From: Schmidtea nova
Taxonomy: Eukaryota
Assembly: GCA_044892505.1 (NCBI GenBank)
Contig: CM097882.1
Coordinates: forward strand, 460,660,001 to 460,724,000
Direction of reading: 5' to 3'
DNA length: 64,000 bases
The notes under the pieces were generated by a model that saw nothing but the letters and a program-made list of their open reading frames with translations, was not told the DNA's origin and did not search any database. Of the stretch, positions 23,598 to 31,823 are shown piece after piece. Position 1 is the stretch's first letter. The number at the start of each line of letters is the position of its first letter. Both the position numbers and the translations under genes were made by a program.

Positions 23598-26500
23598 ATG
23601 AGTGAACACAGAGAGGATCTGAGAGAAAAATTCAAGGGCGAACCATTTAATGGAGACGCCAGTAGATTAGACACGTTTCTAAAGGAATTTGGCATATTCG
23701 TGGATATATGCGGATGGAGTGCAGAAACGTTAGCGAATCGAATCCCGCTATACTTGAAAGATAGCGCGTTGGATCTGTATATCGAAAAGAGATCTGGAAG
23801 TAGTCCACCCAGAACGTGGGAAGCAATCAAGGAGTTCTTCCAACAGACGTTTGGGATAAATAAAGTGCTGAATGAAGCATTCGATGAGTTTTCAGCAAGA
23901 AAACAAAGGAGAAACGAGTCAAACGCGGTGTACGCAAGTGAATTAAGAAAGTTGGCGAAACTGGCGTTCAACAGAGGAAGCCCAGTAGACGAAGAATTGA
24001 TGACAGCGTTATTCGTACGAGGTCTCAGGAGACCTGACATCAGAGCACAAGTGGGATGCAAGGGATGTAAAACAGTAGATGAAGCGTTGGAAGCAGCCAA
24101 CCTATTCGAATTGCATATGGCAATGAACGACATGAGAATTACGGCGGTAATGGGAAAAACGACAGAAGATGAAGAACAAGGAAAAAGAAACATGAATCAG
24201 AGTATTCCCCATTCACAGAGATTGTTCAAAGAACCGCCAGCGCGGAAGAATAACGGATATATCACGGTGGACCCGAATGGAGGAAATAGCTACAATGACA
24301 GGCAGAATAGGCAATGTCAGACGTGTGGAAAAAACGGACATTGGCAACAAGAGTGTTTTCAGAATGTAGCCTGTAAACTGTGTGGACAAAAGGGTCACTC
24401 AGAAAATCGATGTTATGGGAAAACGTGTTACACATGTGGAAAAACCGGACACATGTCAAGAGACTGTAATCAACAGAGAAGTTGGTCAAACAGTGGAAAT
24501 AGACCGAATTACGGGAATCGACCAAGCTATGGGAATCAGGGTCAACAACGGAATAACCCAAACAGCAGTGCAAATGAAGCCAGTATGAAAGAAGCCAAGT
24601 TGAGACAGGAGGTATCCAGATTACACGAGATAATCGAAAGCATGGCAAAGGGAAGCCAGCAAGCGGCTCAACCAAAGATAAACATGATCCAGTTAATAGA
24701 AGCTGAGGCTGAAAGAGAAAATAGGGAGAGCCAACAGAAACATAATCAAGAATGGGCTAGAGTACGACGAGAAGAAGAACAAGTCAGGCAACAACGATTA
24801 CAACAGTTAAAAAAGGGAAATCCAAGGATCAACATGATGCGAGCAATGATGGAAGAGAAGCAGCAAGATGAGTCAGACGAGTTAGAAGTTAAAGAGAAAA
24901 GAAACGAAGAGCAGAAACAAGAAGAAGTGAATCAGGAAGTGGAAACTGCGGAACAGAGTAAAAAAGATGAAGAAGCAGAAAAAGAAACGAATCAAGAAGA
25001 AGAAGTGAGAATTAAACAAAGAGGAATGTTAGTGATCATGCCGAATGATCACGTGTGGCGATTCAAATACGATGTAAAAGAAGAAGTGGGAAGATTGTTC
25101 AATAAAGTAAATGAGATGATTCCGGGAGTAACGAAACTACCCAGAGAAGCATTCCTACAAACAGAGGATTTGCCAGAAGTGAAGTTAAAGATGACCGACA
25201 TATGGGAAGATATGGGAGTAACAGAGACGAAAATAAACGTGATGATCATCAGAGAGGTGGAACCGGAGAAAATCCCACCACCAGTGAAACATCAAACGCG
25301 TATCAGTAGAATATTTAAAGGAAAAATAAGACGAAGACGGATGGAAGAAATAGAAGAGTTAGAGAAAAGAATGGGAAAAGCTGAAATAACGGGAACCGAG
25401 AAGGAACTAATACAGGAAGTTAGCAAAAACGAAGCGAGACCAACCGCGCATATTGGGATGCTGAGATACCCAAGACAAGAGTTGTCAGATGAAGAAGACG
25501 ACAGCGAAGTTAGCAGTCTGGCAGGAAACATGCTAAAGGAACCGGAAAACGAGGATAAAAAGATGGAAGTAGTCGAGACGATAGAAACGATGTCAGTAAA
25601 GAAAGAGGAAATTCAGAAGCTGATGGATAACGCGTTGGAAGTAATCCATAACGAGGAGTTTATCGACGGGAAACGATACCGAAAGTTTATACGAGCAGTA
25701 TGGCAGATAAAGTATAAAGAGTGGTTACAAGAAAGAGAAGTGAGGGTAATACAAGAGTTCATAGAGAAGTTATTGAAAGAACCACTCAACGAATACGTAA
25801 TACAAATATGGATAAACGAGTGTTCACCGAGAATCTGGATAAGGAACCCAATGACGGATGGAATTTACAGATGGGTTGAGGACAGATTGGGAAGCTCGTA
25901 CAAAGACAAATTCATATATTCGGAAAACGGATTGGTGAGAAAAGGAACGCATATGATAGACACAGGCATATGGCCAGGAGAAATAACGACGTTATCAATA
26001 TGCAACACCAAAAAGGAAGAGAACTTACAAGGAATCGTCAAAGAAGCGAATACGTGTTACGAGATGAGAATAAAACCTCAGTTGATAGAGGCAAAAGAGA
26101 GAATCTTGGCGGAGAATTTGAATACGATGATAGAACAGATCATCCAACAAATCAAGAAACATCGAAAGGAATTGACGAAAAGCGAGTATGAGAATTTGAA
26201 GCAGTGTATCGAGAACATACGAGATACAAGTCAAACGAGACACTCAAATTTCAAAACGGACAAGCTAATTGCCAAGATGGGAAAAGAAATGTTTAAAAGA
26301 GGAGAGGTATCAGATCTGAAGATTACCGTGAGATTGCCGAACGAGGAGACAAGACAAATTGAAGTAATACCAGATAGTAAAGTGGGAGAAATAGTAGATG
26401 TCATCAATGAGACGATATTACAACGAGAACGGGAAGACGAATTCGAAGATGACATTGCGATAAAATACAAAGAACATATACTGAACGAACGTGACGAAAG

Positions 26501-29500
26501 ACGAGCGTACAAAATCGGCATATGGGATAATTATCAGACAATACATGTCATCAGAATGGATGACGTGCCAAGAGCAACACCAAGAGATGAGGAAAGGAAA
26601 AAGAAACGACAAGAGGACGTTATGCGCAAGTTGAGACAGATAGTGGAAATCTATCGGAACTGGCAGATGAAGCCAGAATGGGAGACAATATTGGGAGAAT
26701 TAGATCTTAACAGACGACGATTGACGCCAGTAGAGAAGCAATGGGATAACAAAGAGAAATGTTGGAAAGTGAAAAGAGGCGTGTATGAAGAAGATCCAGA
26801 AGAAGAAGACAGATATGAACTGAATACGAAACGGATATGTATGGTAACAAGGAGGTTATTACCAACGGACTTAGACGGACCAGAAACTGCAGTAATATGG
26901 GCAGAATTGGAGAAACAGAAAACGAGTGAATTAATCGAGCTGTTAAGAGGAAATACTCGGGGAAAAAGACAAACAATAAAAGGCTTAGCACAATTCATAA
27001 TCACAAATGGAGAAGACATAACGAACTTGAGAAAAGTAGCTAAAGCGATAGCAGAATACAAGAGAGTTAACGAGTGGTGTCCAGAGCAACTAGACGATGT
27101 AATAAAAAAGTGGAGAAACAAAGAGTTTGCGGAGGAAACGCCACAGAAAATACATTTGAGGATAATGTATCCGAATCAGAGAAAAGAAGAGTTTTGGGTG
27201 ATGCTAACAGAGAAAGTGAAAAGTATTAAAGAGAAACTGATGTATGAACTACCATTCCACCTGCAACATCAAGGACGATCGTTGGATAATAGTTTGGAAA
27301 TCTGGCTGACACCAGTACAATTGGATTTAATGAATACGCTAACAGTGGCACAGATAGTGGGTCAACCACTGAAGTTTAAAGAGGAAAAGAAAACGAAAGG
27401 AAGCATGAGTACACCGAGTCCGATGAAGTCAACAATGACCCCAGGAACAAGTTCGGGACAAGCAAGGACAACACCAATAAAAACGAGAGAGAGAACACCG
27501 CCAGAAGCGTATGACGTCGATGAGATACTAACAGATAGTGATGAGGCGATAGAAGAATTAACGAAGTTGACTCAAAAACCAACAGCGAACATTTTCGACA
27601 GAATAATAGAGATGCCAATAACGTCACCAGCAGAAATCGACGATCAAGGAGTGGAACAGGAGGTAGTCATAGAAATGGTAAACGAATCGGAAGACGAGCA
27701 AGAACAACCACAGTTTACTCAAGAAATGGAAAGATGGTTAGAACAGCGAGCGAACGAAGGAAGAGATGTTACGGAAGAAACAGGAAGAGCAACGAGATTT
27801 GTAGAAACCGGAACTGGAATGGAAAAACGACCAAGAGGAAGACCAAAGATAGATCCAACAACAGCAATTCCAAAGACAAGGGAAGAAAGGAGACAAGAGC
27901 AATGGGAGATTTGCTTGAAGAAACTGGATAAAATTGCAGAAATCAGAGGAAAAGAGGAGAATCAAGTTTGTCAAGGAGAAGAATGGCTCACCAAAACGAT
28001 AATGGATGTGTTAGCGATAATTGATCCAGAATTAAAGAATTTGTGGCGAATAAACGAACCTAGTACAAAGGCAAGGATGCTACACAATGCAATAGCACCA
28101 ATTATGCCAGAATTGATAAAGGCAAAAACAAAATCGAATCATCTAGATTGGCAAGGAACCACGATGTTAATAAAAAGGCTACTTAACGGAGCAGAAACGG
28201 ACAGCAAATATCTAGTAGCAATCTCGTATACGATATACAATTTGTTAACGCTAAGCCGAGGAAGTCCGAAGTCAAGTCCGATGGGAAGACATATCAAGAA
28301 CACGGCGATGATTATCGAGAAGGAAATTGAACCATATATCCTCAGAAAAGGAGGATGGGAAAAGTTCATAAAAGAGAACCAGACAAAAGAAGGGTCTAAC
28401 GTGATGAGAAAGAAACTCGAAGGAGTATTGAGGGAAATGGAGAATAGACAAACGATGCAAGGAAACGGAAGATCGACGTTGAATCTAAATTCGATAATCA
28501 TGATGATGTTAGTATGGTTGTTAAGCACGGAAGGTGTAACAACATTTGAAGTATTTGATTGTGATCAAATGAAGTTAGGAGAAAAGTACTCATTGAGAGG
28601 TACGGAGCAATGCAAAGATGCAACTCCAGTAGAGTTGAGAGAGATCAAAAAGGAACAATGGTATAACGTGTATCAAGAAGCAGAACTAATAAAGACAATG
28701 GTGAATGAATGCAAAGTGCAAAAGACGAGATTCGCATTCTATTGTGGGAGAGGACATTACTCAGCAATTGTCATGCCAGGAACGGAAAGAGAACCAATCG
28801 TGTTACAAGGAGAAGATTGTGAAGCATTGTTTAAACATGGAGAAGTAACAACAAGGGATAAAATCAAGATAAAAGGAAAACCAGGAATGATGTTACAGCA
28901 GACGTATTATGTAGCAGGACGAATTACGGGAGGAGAAGGGTATTGTCAAGGAGAAACCTACCCAATATTTGGAGTACCTGCGACCAACTTAGTGGTAATG
29001 GATACGTACATAGTCGAACTGAAAAGTTACGAAGCATTCTTCGAACCAACAACAGGAGAAATGAAAACGTTATCCATGTGTAAAATTGACAGAAGCATGT
29101 GTCAAACGGGAATGTCAACATTGGTGTATAAACCAAAAGTGAACGAATGTCAATTACAACTGCTACAAGGAGCAAAGTTCGACGAAATTCAAGGAAAAAC
29201 ATTCCAAGAAGAAGATGATGATGACAAAGCTAGAGCAAAACATCTCAAAGAGGCTTTAGAGAATAAAAGACAATTGAGACCAGATCATAAAGAAAAACGG
29301 ATAGAGATGAGAACCACACCAACAGTGTTGATAACCACAAATCAGGATGTGGGCATGAGATTCATAAAAGGGAAAGCAACCCTTAAGTGCAGTACAACAG
29401 TATACGAAACAAATTATCCAGGAATATACGTGTCAAAGCAGGAAGTGCCTAATGCGAAACCCAAGATCGACACAATGGATATCAAGCTACACTTGTATGT

Positions 29501-31823
29501 GAATAATAAAATGGATTTCTTATTCCATAGAGGACAAGCCTCATTACAAAAAGTGTACTATGATCTGATAAATAACGATTGTATACTGAATCGGGAAATA
29601 TTAAAGACAAAGTTGGCCGTAGCGATTACGAATCCAGATAGCGCGATGCCGTTATTACCACTGAGAGAAGGACATTTCGGAAGAGTGGTCGGAGAAGCAA
29701 TGTACGTATACATTTGCGAAAAAACACACGCATCGCTAGCAGCAACAACGCAGTTGAAACCTGGACAATGTACAAATGAATTAGAAATCGATTATAAAGG
29801 AAAAGTACGATACGTTCAACCGGTGACGAGAATCACCAATCCACCAGGGTTTGAACCAAATCCATTCAACTGTAGTAATGCGTACGGACCACTTTATCAG
29901 AAGCCAGATGGCAAATGGGTTATGTTCCCAGGAAGAACCGAAGTATTAGCACCAAGAGAATTCGAACTAATGCAGTTGTCAAAGGATAGACAGTTCAGCG
30001 ACGTAGATGTCTCAAACAACGGAATCTATAGTCCAAAGGATTTAGAAGCAGCAAGACAGAATATACTATTCCCGGCAAGAAGAGAAGCATTACTGTCAAA
30101 TATCGTAACGATAACGGGAGGAACGAATTATCGAGAAGGACCAAATTACGAACTGCTGTTGTCACCGGCACATTTCAAGAAAGCCACAGAAAATATGATG
30201 AAGGCAATGTGGGGGAGATTCCTGATATTCGGACAAATGATGGCTGGAATACTGGGTGTTATATTGATAATACAAATCGTCAGAGTGATAATAACGCAAA
30301 TGTTAGCGTGTTTCGATATCTACAAAAGAGAAAAGAAAGTGAATTGGAAGATGGTAGTAGGATTTTTACCATTCCTTGCGAAAACGATGGTGTTACACGG
30401 ACACTCAAAAGACATACATCGAATAAAGAGGTTGTTGAAGATACTTGCAAAAATGAGAGGAACAAACGAAGATGTCGGAAGGAAATTCAAAAAGATAATG
30501 CAAGACGAGCAAGCAAGGCGACAATTAAAGAAAGAAAGGAAAGGATTATGGGAAAGAGTGAGAGGATATCGAACGCAGGATGACTCAAGCAATGATGATG
30601 ATGATGATGACAATCGAGGAGGACAAGCGAATATAAACCAGATTCCACAATACACCGAAAAGAGTGCAGTTGAGAATTGGAGATACAGCGCTCCACCTCA
30701 GTCAATGTATAACGAACCGATATACAAAGCGAAGCCGAATATGATGCAGATGATGCCGATGACAAGTATATACCCGATAATTCCAGAAGGATGCAAAGTA
30801 AAACGATGCAGAAGTGTAGACCCGTTGGAAGACACGCACACGATAGCGGTTATGTCCACAAATATGGGACCGATTTTAACAACAACCGTAGAAATAAACG
30901 GAAGAGAAATTGAAGCTATGATCGATACAGGCGCGAATATTTCGGCGATCGACATCAACTATATACCAGAGAAAAGCCAAGGAGAAATTGAGAAAACGAA
31001 TGTACATGTAATCGCGTGCAGCCAAGAGACAGTAGAAGTAGCCGGAAGATGGTTCGTAAAAATTAAGCATCGAGGTGCAGAAATCAACACGTACATCGCT
31101 GTAATACCATCGCTGAGTGTACCATGTATTATTGGAACTGACCTGATGCCAGACCTGTTCAAGGAAATCGTAATTGATCTAGGAGCAATGAAACTAAAAG
31201 ATAGAACAGGAAAAATCTGCAGGATGAAAGTTAAAGTGGCAAGTGCGGAACAAATAGTAGTACCAGCGAGACACGAAATGATGTGCTATGTCAAGATCGA
31301 TTCAACAATAAAGGGAGATATGATATTCGAACCAAGTAAGAAGTTCGAAGCAAAGAAAGAATTACCAATGGCAAGAGAATTGGTTACGATAAACCAAGAA
31401 GGAGAGATACCAATTAATCTGGTAAACTTCGATGAAGAGGACAAGATAATATACGAGAATGAGAGATTGGGTAAATTGACACCCATGTCCGAAATCGAAA
31501 TACCAGACAAGAACGAGAAAAGCAAAGACGAATTACCATGGAAAATCGACAGTGTGTTGTTAGACGAACGACAAAAAGAACAGTTACAAAAACTGTTGAT
31601 GGAATATAAAGATATATTCGCAGCATCCGATTTAGATCTGGGAACATGTGATGTAACATTACACACGATACCGTTGACGGACGAAACGCCAATCGCATTA
31701 CGACCATACAAACTGGCAGAAGCTCAAAAAGCAGTGGCAGAAGAAGAGGTACAAAAGATGTTAGATGCAGAGGTCATCGAACCTAGTTGCTCACCCTGGC
31801 AATTCCCAGTGGTGATGGTGTAA
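23598..31823 (+). CDS. Polyprotein part 1: Gag (capsid, 3 CCHC knuckles), ubiquitin-like domains, AT-hook, Bcl-2-like domain, class III envelope, aspartic protease, start of RT
   Basis: Capsid-like FNGDASRLDTFLKEF. Knuckles CQTCGKNGHWQQEC, CKLCGQKGHSENRC, CYTCGKTGHMSRDC. AT-hook KRPRGRPK; BH2-like YILRKGGWEKF; protease MIDTGANISAI. Ends at a TAA inside the RT motif PVVMV*KKDG. Confidence 0.92.
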   Translation: MSEHREDLREKFKGEPFNGDASRLDTFLKEFGIFVDICGWSAETLANRIPLYLKDSALDLYIEKRSGSSPPRTWEAIKEFFQQTFGINKVLNEAFDEFSARKQRRNESNAVYASELRKLAKLAFNRGSPVDEELMTALFVRGLRRPDIRAQVGCKGCKTVDEALEAANLFELHMAMNDMRITAVMGKTTEDEEQGKRNMNQSIPHSQRLFKEPPARKNNGYITVDPNGGNSYNDRQNRQCQTCGKNGHWQQECFQNVACKLCGQKGHSENRCYGKTCYTCGKTGHMSRDCNQQRSWSNSGNRPNYGNRPSYGNQGQQRNNPNSSANEASMKEAKLRQEVSRLHEIIESMAKGSQQAAQPKINMIQLIEAEAERENRESQQKHNQEWARVRREEEQVRQQRLQQLKKGNPRINMMRAMMEEKQQDESDELEVKEKRNEEQKQEEVNQEVETAEQSKKDEEAEKETNQEEEVRIKQRGMLVIMPNDHVWRFKYDVKEEVGRLFNKVNEMIPGVTKLPREAFLQTEDLPEVKLKMTDIWEDMGVTETKINVMIIREVEPEKIPPPVKHQTRISRIFKGKIRRRRMEEIEELEKRMGKAEITGTEKELIQEVSKNEARPTAHIGMLRYPRQELSDEEDDSEVSSLAGNMLKEPENEDKKMEVVETIETMSVKKEEIQKLMDNALEVIHNEEFIDGKRYRKFIRAVWQIKYKEWLQEREVRVIQEFIEKLLKEPLNEYVIQIWINECSPRIWIRNPMTDGIYRWVEDRLGSSYKDKFIYSENGLVRKGTHMIDTGIWPGEITTLSICNTKKEENLQGIVKEANTCYEMRIKPQLIEAKERILAENLNTMIEQIIQQIKKHRKELTKSEYENLKQCIENIRDTSQTRHSNFKTDKLIAKMGKEMFKRGEVSDLKITVRLPNEETRQIEVIPDSKVGEIVDVINETILQREREDEFEDDIAIKYKEHILNERDERRAYKIGIWDNYQTIHVIRMDDVPRATPRDEERKKKRQEDVMRKLRQIVEIYRNWQMKPEWETILGELDLNRRRLTPVEKQWDNKEKCWKVKRGVYEEDPEEEDRYELNTKRICMVTRRLLPTDLDGPETAVIWAELEKQKTSELIELLRGNTRGKRQTIKGLAQFIITNGEDITNLRKVAKAIAEYKRVNEWCPEQLDDVIKKWRNKEFAEETPQKIHLRIMYPNQRKEEFWVMLTEKVKSIKEKLMYELPFHLQHQGRSLDNSLEIWLTPVQLDLMNTLTVAQIVGQPLKFKEEKKTKGSMSTPSPMKSTMTPGTSSGQARTTPIKTRERTPPEAYDVDEILTDSDEAIEELTKLTQKPTANIFDRIIEMPITSPAEIDDQGVEQEVVIEMVNESEDEQEQPQFTQEMERWLEQRANEGRDVTEETGRATRFVETGTGMEKRPRGRPKIDPTTAIPKTREERRQEQWEICLKKLDKIAEIRGKEENQVCQGEEWLTKTIMDVLAIIDPELKNLWRINEPSTKARMLHNAIAPIMPELIKAKTKSNHLDWQGTTMLIKRLLNGAETDSKYLVAISYTIYNLLTLSRGSPKSSPMGRHIKNTAMIIEKEIEPYILRKGGWEKFIKENQTKEGSNVMRKKLEGVLREMENRQTMQGNGRSTLNLNSIIMMMLVWLLSTEGVTTFEVFDCDQMKLGEKYSLRGTEQCKDATPVELREIKKEQWYNVYQEAELIKTMVNECKVQKTRFAFYCGRGHYSAIVMPGTEREPIVLQGEDCEALFKHGEVTTRDKIKIKGKPGMMLQQTYYVAGRITGGEGYCQGETYPIFGVPATNLVVMDTYIVELKSYEAFFEPTTGEMKTLSMCKIDRSMCQTGMSTLVYKPKVNECQLQLLQGAKFDEIQGKTFQEEDDDDKARAKHLKEALENKRQLRPDHKEKRIEMRTTPTVLITTNQDVGMRFIKGKATLKCSTTVYETNYPGIYVSKQEVPNAKPKIDTMDIKLHLYVNNKMDFLFHRGQASLQKVYYDLINNDCILNREILKTKLAVAITNPDSAMPLLPLREGHFGRVVGEAMYVYICEKTHASLAATTQLKPGQCTNELEIDYKGKVRYVQPVTRITNPPGFEPNPFNCSNAYGPLYQKPDGKWVMFPGRTEVLAPREFELMQLSKDRQFSDVDVSNNGIYSPKDLEAARQNILFPARREALLSNIVTITGGTNYREGPNYELLLSPAHFKKATENMMKAMWGRFLIFGQMMAGILGVILIIQIVRVIITQMLACFDIYKREKKVNWKMVVGFLPFLAKTMVLHGHSKDIHRIKRLLKILAKMRGTNEDVGRKFKKIMQDEQARRQLKKERKGLWERVRGYRTQDDSSNDDDDDDNRGGQANINQIPQYTEKSAVENWRYSAPPQSMYNEPIYKAKPNMMQMMPMTSIYPIIPEGCKVKRCRSVDPLEDTHTIAVMSTNMGPILTTTVEINGREIEAMIDTGANISAIDINYIPEKSQGEIEKTNVHVIACSQETVEVAGRWFVKIKHRGAEINTYIAVIPSLSVPCIIGTDLMPDLFKEIVIDLGAMKLKDRTGKICRMKVKVASAEQIVVPARHEMMCYVKIDSTIKGDMIFEPSKKFEAKKELPMARELVTINQEGEIPINLVNFDEEDKIIYENERLGKLTPMSEIEIPDKNEKSKDELPWKIDSVLLDERQKEQLQKLLMEYKDIFAASDLDLGTCDVTLHTIPLTDETPIALRPYKLAEAQKAVAEEEVQKMLDAEVIEPSCSPWQFPVVMV
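27960..28380 (+). other. Bcl-2-like domain within the polyprotein
   Basis: BH2-like EIEPYILRKGGWEKFIKE (compare W I xxx GGW xx F). Weaker BH1-like segment IKRLLNGAETDSKYLVAISYTI at the expected spacing. Boundaries approximate. Confidence 0.6.
28488..30320 (+). other. Envelope glycoprotein, chuvirus-G / herpes-gB-like class III fusogen
   Basis: Signal-like SIIMMMLVWLLSTEG, then FEVFDC...EQC and a Cys-rich ectodomain. CILNREILKTKLAVAITNPD...GHFGRVVGEAMYVYIC and GIYSPKDLEAARQNILFPARR resemble chuvirus-type G motifs. TM segment FLIFGQMMAGILGVILIIQIV. Boundaries approximate. Confidence 0.8.

Noticed and set aside
26880-27120. Faint resemblance to a CTD-interacting (CID/RPR) domain in the polyprotein
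   Set aside because: Only a few residues match by eye; it needs an HMM or structure search.
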